This document shows positions 29,416 to 33,898 of a stretch of DNA of 33,898 nt, piece after piece; the first letter of the stretch is position 1; every line of letters begins with the position of its first letter. The notes beneath the pieces were generated by a model, which worked only from the letters and a program-made list of their open reading frames with translations, had not been told where the DNA came from and did not search any database. This DNA is from an uncultured delta proteobacterium (lineage in GTDB: Bacteria > Desulfobacterota > Syntrophobacteria > Syntrophobacterales > Syntrophobacteraceae). Position numbers and translations under genes: made by a program. The stretch lies in contig CAWEHK010000040.1 of the NCBI GenBank assembly GCA_963808625.1, positions 1 through 33,898 on the forward strand, written 5' to 3'.

Positions 29416-30687
29416 TTAGCTGAGCCGGCTGATTTTCACCGCGCACAGCTTCCCGCACATGGTGCAGGCTTCGCGATCCTGAGTCACCTGAAGCCGCCGC
29501 TTGACCAGGACAGGATCAAGCGCCTCGGTAATCATCCCGTCCCAATCCAATTTCTGGCGGCATTCGGACATCCGGCGGTCGGCGTCCATGGCGCCGGGAA
29601 GTCCCTTGGCAATGTCTGCCACATGGCCCGCGATCCGCGCCGCCATAACCCCGGCATAGACATCCTCGGCATTGGGCAGGCCGAGGTGTTCGGCGGGAGT
29701 TACATAGCAGATATAGTCAGCGCCCGCAGCACCGGCGATGGCGCCGCCGATGGCGGCGACGATATGATCGTAGCCTGCGGCAATATCCGTCGGCAAGGGT
29801 CCCAGGATATAAAAAGGGGCCCCGTCACAAAGCTTTTTTTGCAGGAGAATGTTTGCCTGGATCTGGGGCAGCGGCACATGCCCCGGCCCTTCAATCATGA
29901 CCTGGACGCCCCGGTTGCGAGCCCGCCTGGCCAATTCTCCCAAAATCATCAGTTCCTGCAACTGCGCGCCATCGGTGGCGTCGCAGATGGTTCCCGGACG
30001 AAAACCATCGCCCAGGCTCAGGGTAACGTCATACTTGTGGGCAATCTCGAGGAGATCGTCAAAATATTCATAGAGCGGATTTTCCTTACCGTTTTTGCGC
30101 ATCCAGTGCATGTGGATGGAACCCCCACGACTCACACAGGGCATGATCCGTTCGTAGGATTCGAGCCGTTTTACCGCGACCTGGGTGACGCCGCAGTGGA
30201 CCGTGATATAATCGAGCCCCTCGCGGCACTGTTTCTCGATGCTTCTCAGGAGCTGGTCCCCGTCCATTTCGTCCAGAGCCTGATGCCTTGCCATCATCTC
30301 GGTTGCCAGCGTATAAATGGGGACGGCCCCGACCGTTACCGGCGAGTGTTCGAGGAAAAACCGGCGAAACTCGGCCAGATCGCCCCCGGTGGAAAGATCC
30401 ATGATCGAGTCCGTCTTGGCATCCAGGGCCGCTTTGAGTTTTTCCGCTTCCATTTCCATGCTGCAGCATTCGCCACTCGTTCCCAAATTGGCATTTACCT
30501 TGGTTTTCAACCCCGACCAATAGCCCGGAGAATGGGAAAGGAATGGTTGCGATTCCTGGGCAGGACGGCCCGGCCCGCCGCAATCAAGTCCCGCAGTTCT
30601 TCGGCGCTAACCGGCTCGTCCCTTAACCGCTTCCCGCATCTCTTCCGTAACGATACCCGCTTTCGCAAAATCCAGTTGTGTAACCAT
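29416..30687 (-). CDS. thiC: Phosphomethylpyrimidine synthase (two apparent frameshifts near 30620 and 30511)
   Basis: [17 protein letters not shown] / ...AIGRG / [50 protein letters not shown] and C-terminal [12 protein letters not shown] riboswitch lies upstream. Confidence 0.92.
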
Positions 30688-30758
30688 AACATCCTCCACT
30701 TCGTGAGCTGGCGCGGGGAGCCTTGGCAATGGCTGTGAGCAACGTAGCCACTTGCCGG

Positions 30759-30789
30759 AAAATAAAAAAGGCCGTTTGGGAAAACGGCC
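30759..30789 (-). terminator. Intrinsic terminator (riboswitch expression platform)
   Basis: Minus strand GGCCGTTT-TCCC-AAACGGCC followed by a T-rich tract, between the aptamer and the thiC start. Confidence 0.8.
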
Positions 30790-30812
30790 ATCCGACAGCT
30801 ACCTTGTCGCGT

Positions 30813-30893
30813 GCCGATTCCTCCGCCAGTATTAATCTGGATCAGGTTCCAAGGGTTTGATCTCAGCCCTCATGAGGAGAGCACCCCTTCGGC
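30813..30893 (-). ncRNA. TPP riboswitch
   Basis: Minus strand GCCGAAGGGGTGC...GCTGAGATCAAACCCTTGGAACCTGATCCAGATTAATACTGGCGGAGGAATCGGC has the canonical TPP motifs and P1 GCCGA/TCGGC. Confidence 0.95.
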
Positions 30894-30908
30894 TATAGAA
30901 CCTTATTC

Positions 30909-31079
30909 TTATAATGCATCCCGAAGATGCTTGTGAAAATTTACCCTATAAATTGGGAAAAAGCAATCTACCGTATCGACTTTATGGGCTTCATTGATCT
31001 TACTGATCGCTCCTTCAAAGAGACGGAGCATTCTATCGATCAAGCGGTGTTCCCACATCATCGGGCCAATGGGTTTCAT
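30909..31079 (-). pseudogene. Hemerythrin/HHE cation-binding protein, N-terminal fragment
   Basis: MKPIGPMMWEHRLIDRML... then similarity is lost after ~38 aa. Confidence 0.55.
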
Positions 31080-31152
31080 AAGGAATCTTCTCCTTTCTTC
31101 GTTGTGATCCGTGATAGATAAATGAATGACACAGATTCTAACGGAGGAATAC

Positions 31153-31993
31153 ATGGCGACGCTCTTCGAATCCACACTGATCCAGCAAATGTCTCTGGCC
31201 AACCGATTCGTGCGGTCAGCAACCTGGGAAGGAATGGCCGGTGAGGATGGATCATGCACCCCGAAGCTGACCCAACTGATGGTCCAACTTGCCCGAGGGG
31301 GAGTGGGACTGATCATCTCGAGCGATTCTTATGTGAGCAAGGAAGGGCAGGCGGGACCCTGGCAGCTGGGGATCTATAGCGACGAACTGATCGCCGGCTT
31401 TTCCGAGATGACCAAAGCGGTACACGAGGCAGTTGGAAAAATCGTCATGCAGCTTGCCCATGCCGGGATTCTGGCCAATCCTGCTTTAACGGGTCAGCCC
31501 CCCAAGGACCTTCTCCCTTTGAAAAGGTTCCCACCAGCCAGGAAATGAACCATGAAGCGATTCAGAAGGTCATCGAGGCCTTCGGCCAGGCGGCCCTTCG
31601 GGCACAAACAGCAGGCTTCGATGGGGTTCAAATCCACGCCGCACACGGGTTCCTGCTCAGCCAGTTCCTCTCTCCCTTTTTCAACAAGAGGAGGGATCAT
31701 TACGGCGGGAGCATCGAAAACCGGGCGAGATTGGTCCTGGAGGTTTACCAGAGGGTCAGGGATAAAGTTGGAAACCATTTCCCAGTAATGATCAAACTGA
31801 ATTCAGAGGATTTTTTGGAAGGAGGCTTAACGGTTGGAGAGATGGTCCGGGTGGCATCAATGCTTGAAGCCGTTGGCATTGACGCCATAGAGTTGAGTGG
31901 AGGTACCCTTTATTCAGGGGAATGCACTCCGGTCAGGCAAGTGAAACCCGGTTCCGAAGAAGCCTATCACCTGGACGGGGCAAGAAAATATAA
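31153..31993 (+). pseudogene. NADH:flavin oxidoreductase (old yellow enzyme family), frameshifted near 31500 and truncated by the IS
   Basis: [48 protein letters not shown]. The C-terminus is absent after the IS. Confidence 0.88.
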
Positions 31994-32902
31994 GAGCGTG
32001 TCTAAAAAGTTTACACTGGACTCGGGGTTAGACTTCTGATAAGTCAACATGGGACAACCCTAGCAATGGAGGAGCCTATGTGTGACACAAGCCAACCGCG
32101 GCAGCCGTATTCCAGTGACTTGAGTGTGAATGAATGGCAGTTTCTCAAACCGCTGGTTCCCATGCCTAAACATGGCGGGAGACCGGCCAAATACGAGCGT
32201 TTGGAGATCCTCAATGCGATACTGTATTTGGTGCGCTCCGGTTGCGCGTGGCGTCTTTTGCCACATGACTTCCCTCCCTGGCGGATCGTCTATCACTACT
32301 TCTCGTCATGGCGCCGTGATGGCACATGGACACAGGTCCATGACGCACTACGATCCCAGGTGCGCATTGCCGAGGGACGGGAAGCCGAACCAAGTGCAGC
32401 CATCCTCGACAGCCAATCGGTCAAGACGACCGAAAAAGGGGGCTCCATGGATATGATGCCGGCAAGAAGGTCAATGGCCGCAAACGGCATCTGCTCGTAG
32501 ACACGCTGGGGTTGGTTATTGCCGTAGTCGTTCATGCAGCCAACATTCAGGATCGAGATGCGCCAAAATACTCTTCTCTCTGATACGCGATGCCTATCTG
32601 CGTATCCGGCTCGTTTGGGCCGATGGGGGATACGCTGGAAAATTGATCGAGTGGGTCGCTTCTTTGCGAAACAGCAACTGCCTCCGGTTGGAGATTGTGA
32701 AAAGGTCCGACGCAATCAAAGGCTTTTACGTTCTTCCGCGCCGCTGGGTTGTGGAGAGAACCTTTGGCTGGTTGGGACGTCATCGGAGACTTTCCAAAGA
32801 TTATGAGTACCTGACTGAAACCAGTGAAAACATGATCCGTGTCGCCATGATCAAATTGATGGTGCGGCGACTCGCATCCGGCTGACCTTTTTAGACACGC
32901 TC
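31994..32902 (+). mobile_element. IS5-family insertion sequence (IS1031/IS427-like), 909 bp
   Basis: Perfect 16-bp IRs GAGCGTGTCTAAAAAG / CTTTTTAGACACGCTC. Flanks are TAA (left) and TTA (right). Confidence 0.93.
32066..32885 (+). CDS. IS5-family transposase (-1 frameshift site AAAAAGGGGG near 32433; extra frameshift near 32560)
   Basis: [62 protein letters not shown]. Confidence 0.9.
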
Positions 32903-32976
32903 TTAGACTTTTTGGGATCCAGGAGAGACTTTGTTGTCCCACGTGCTCCCTGCCCAAATCCAGAAAGGAGAAACAG

Positions 32977-33885
32977 ATGGAAGGGCTCATCATGGAACTG
33001 GTTCTGGATAAGGCGAGGCACTTCGTGGAGGAGGCTGTAGCCTTTTACCAAAGGATGCCCAAAGCCATCGCTTTAGCCGAATTCTCCAGCCCCCAAGGAC
33101 GCTTTATTAAAGGCGACCAATATGTCTATGTATTGGATTCCACCGGGGTAATGATCGCCCACCCGGTCAATGAGAGTTTTGTGGGCCAGGATTTCTATTA
33201 CGTCACGGATATTGACGGCAAGAGCTTTATTAAAGAAATCGTCGATATCGCCAATGCTGAGGGTTCCGGCTGGGTGGAATATAAGTGGCTCGACTACATA
33301 ACCAAAACGGAACGACCTAAGCTGGTGTATTTTGAGAAGACCCATGGGGTGATCATTTGCAGCGGGATCTACGGGGGCAATCCGGCCTCCGGGATGCTGG
33401 AACACCCACCGGATGAAGATACCTTTCCTGCCTCATTCACCGATATTTTTCCAGCAAGCGACCTGGCGATTGACACCCAAATGGAAGATCACGAGGTTGA
33501 GCTCGTTCCGGATGACGTCAAGCGCTTTGTCGAGAAGGCAGTAGCGTTTTACCGAGTAAACGGCAGAGGGGTCGCTTTGGCCGAATTCTCGAACCCTCAA
33601 GGTCGTTTTGCCAAAGGCAGCCAGTATCTCTTTGTGCTGGACTCCACCGGGGTGATGCTGGCCCACGGGGTAAATACAAAATATGTCGGCAAAGATTTCT
33701 ATCGCATTGTGGATTCTGACGGGAAGACCTTTATCAAAGACATCGTTGATCTCGCCAATGCTGAGGGTTCCGGCTGGGTGGAATATAAATGGGTCGACCC
33801 CGTAACCAAAACGGAGCGACCCAAAATCGTGTATTTCAAGTGGACCGATGGCGTCATCATTTGTAGTGGTATTTACCGGTATTAG
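32977..33885 (+). CDS. Tandem double single-Cache (sCache_2-like) domain protein without a signal peptide
   Basis: Two highly similar modules (ALAEFS.PQGRF.KG.QY..VLDSTGVM.AH, D.DGK.FIK.IVD.ANAEGSGWVEYKW, GVIICSGIY) joined by an acidic linker. RBS AAGGAG. Confidence 0.88.
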   Translation: MEGLIMELVLDKARHFVEEAVAFYQRMPKAIALAEFSSPQGRFIKGDQYVYVLDSTGVMIAHPVNESFVGQDFYYVTDIDGKSFIKEIVDIANAEGSGWVEYKWLDYITKTERPKLVYFEKTHGVIICSGIYGGNPASGMLEHPPDEDTFPASFTDIFPASDLAIDTQMEDHEVELVPDDVKRFVEKAVAFYRVNGRGVALAEFSNPQGRFAKGSQYLFVLDSTGVMLAHGVNTKYVGKDFYRIVDSDGKTFIKDIVDLANAEGSGWVEYKWVDPVTKTERPKIVYFKWTDGVIICSGIYRY

Positions 33886-33898
33886 GAGTCCCCCAAGA

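Noticed and set aside
29416..30687. BzaA/B/F (B12 lower-ligand synthesis paralogue of ThiC), tempting given the B12 enzyme nearby
   Set aside because: The upstream riboswitch is clearly TPP-class, which supports thiamine ThiC.

Overview
GC-rich, patchwork bacterial window. Gene content suggests an anaerobic Desulfobacterota/deltaproteobacterium; this is an inference. From left to right it holds a K+ channel gene, a minus-strand pair (Gcw_chp/TorF-like outer-membrane protein plus a single-chain EutB-EutC ethanolamine ammonia-lyase with a twin-arginine signal peptide), a VWA-OmpA protein, a REC-PP2C phosphatase and a PocR-PAS hybrid kinase. A decayed integron follows: an intI N-terminal remnant, a putative attI, attC sites, and cassettes for an AAA ATPase+DUF4276 pair and two TA-like pairs. 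The right half has a lemA-TPM-TPM operon, a divergent SDR/HxlR pair, a nucleotidyltransferase pair, a TPAT (TatT-P-Q-M) TRAP transporter, thiC under a TPP riboswitch, an old-yellow-enzyme gene cut by an IS5-family element, and a double-Cache protein. Five gene fragments are duplicated in direct orientation 3-5 kb apart, and several MITE/REP-like elements and a nested tandem repeat are present. Many genes have single-base frameshifts in homopolymer runs, probably sequencing or assembly errors. The most striking candidate is the apparently Tat-exported fused EutBC with its own porin, followed by the integron-borne candidate defence cassette. All family assignments come from motif recognition by eye, not from database searches.
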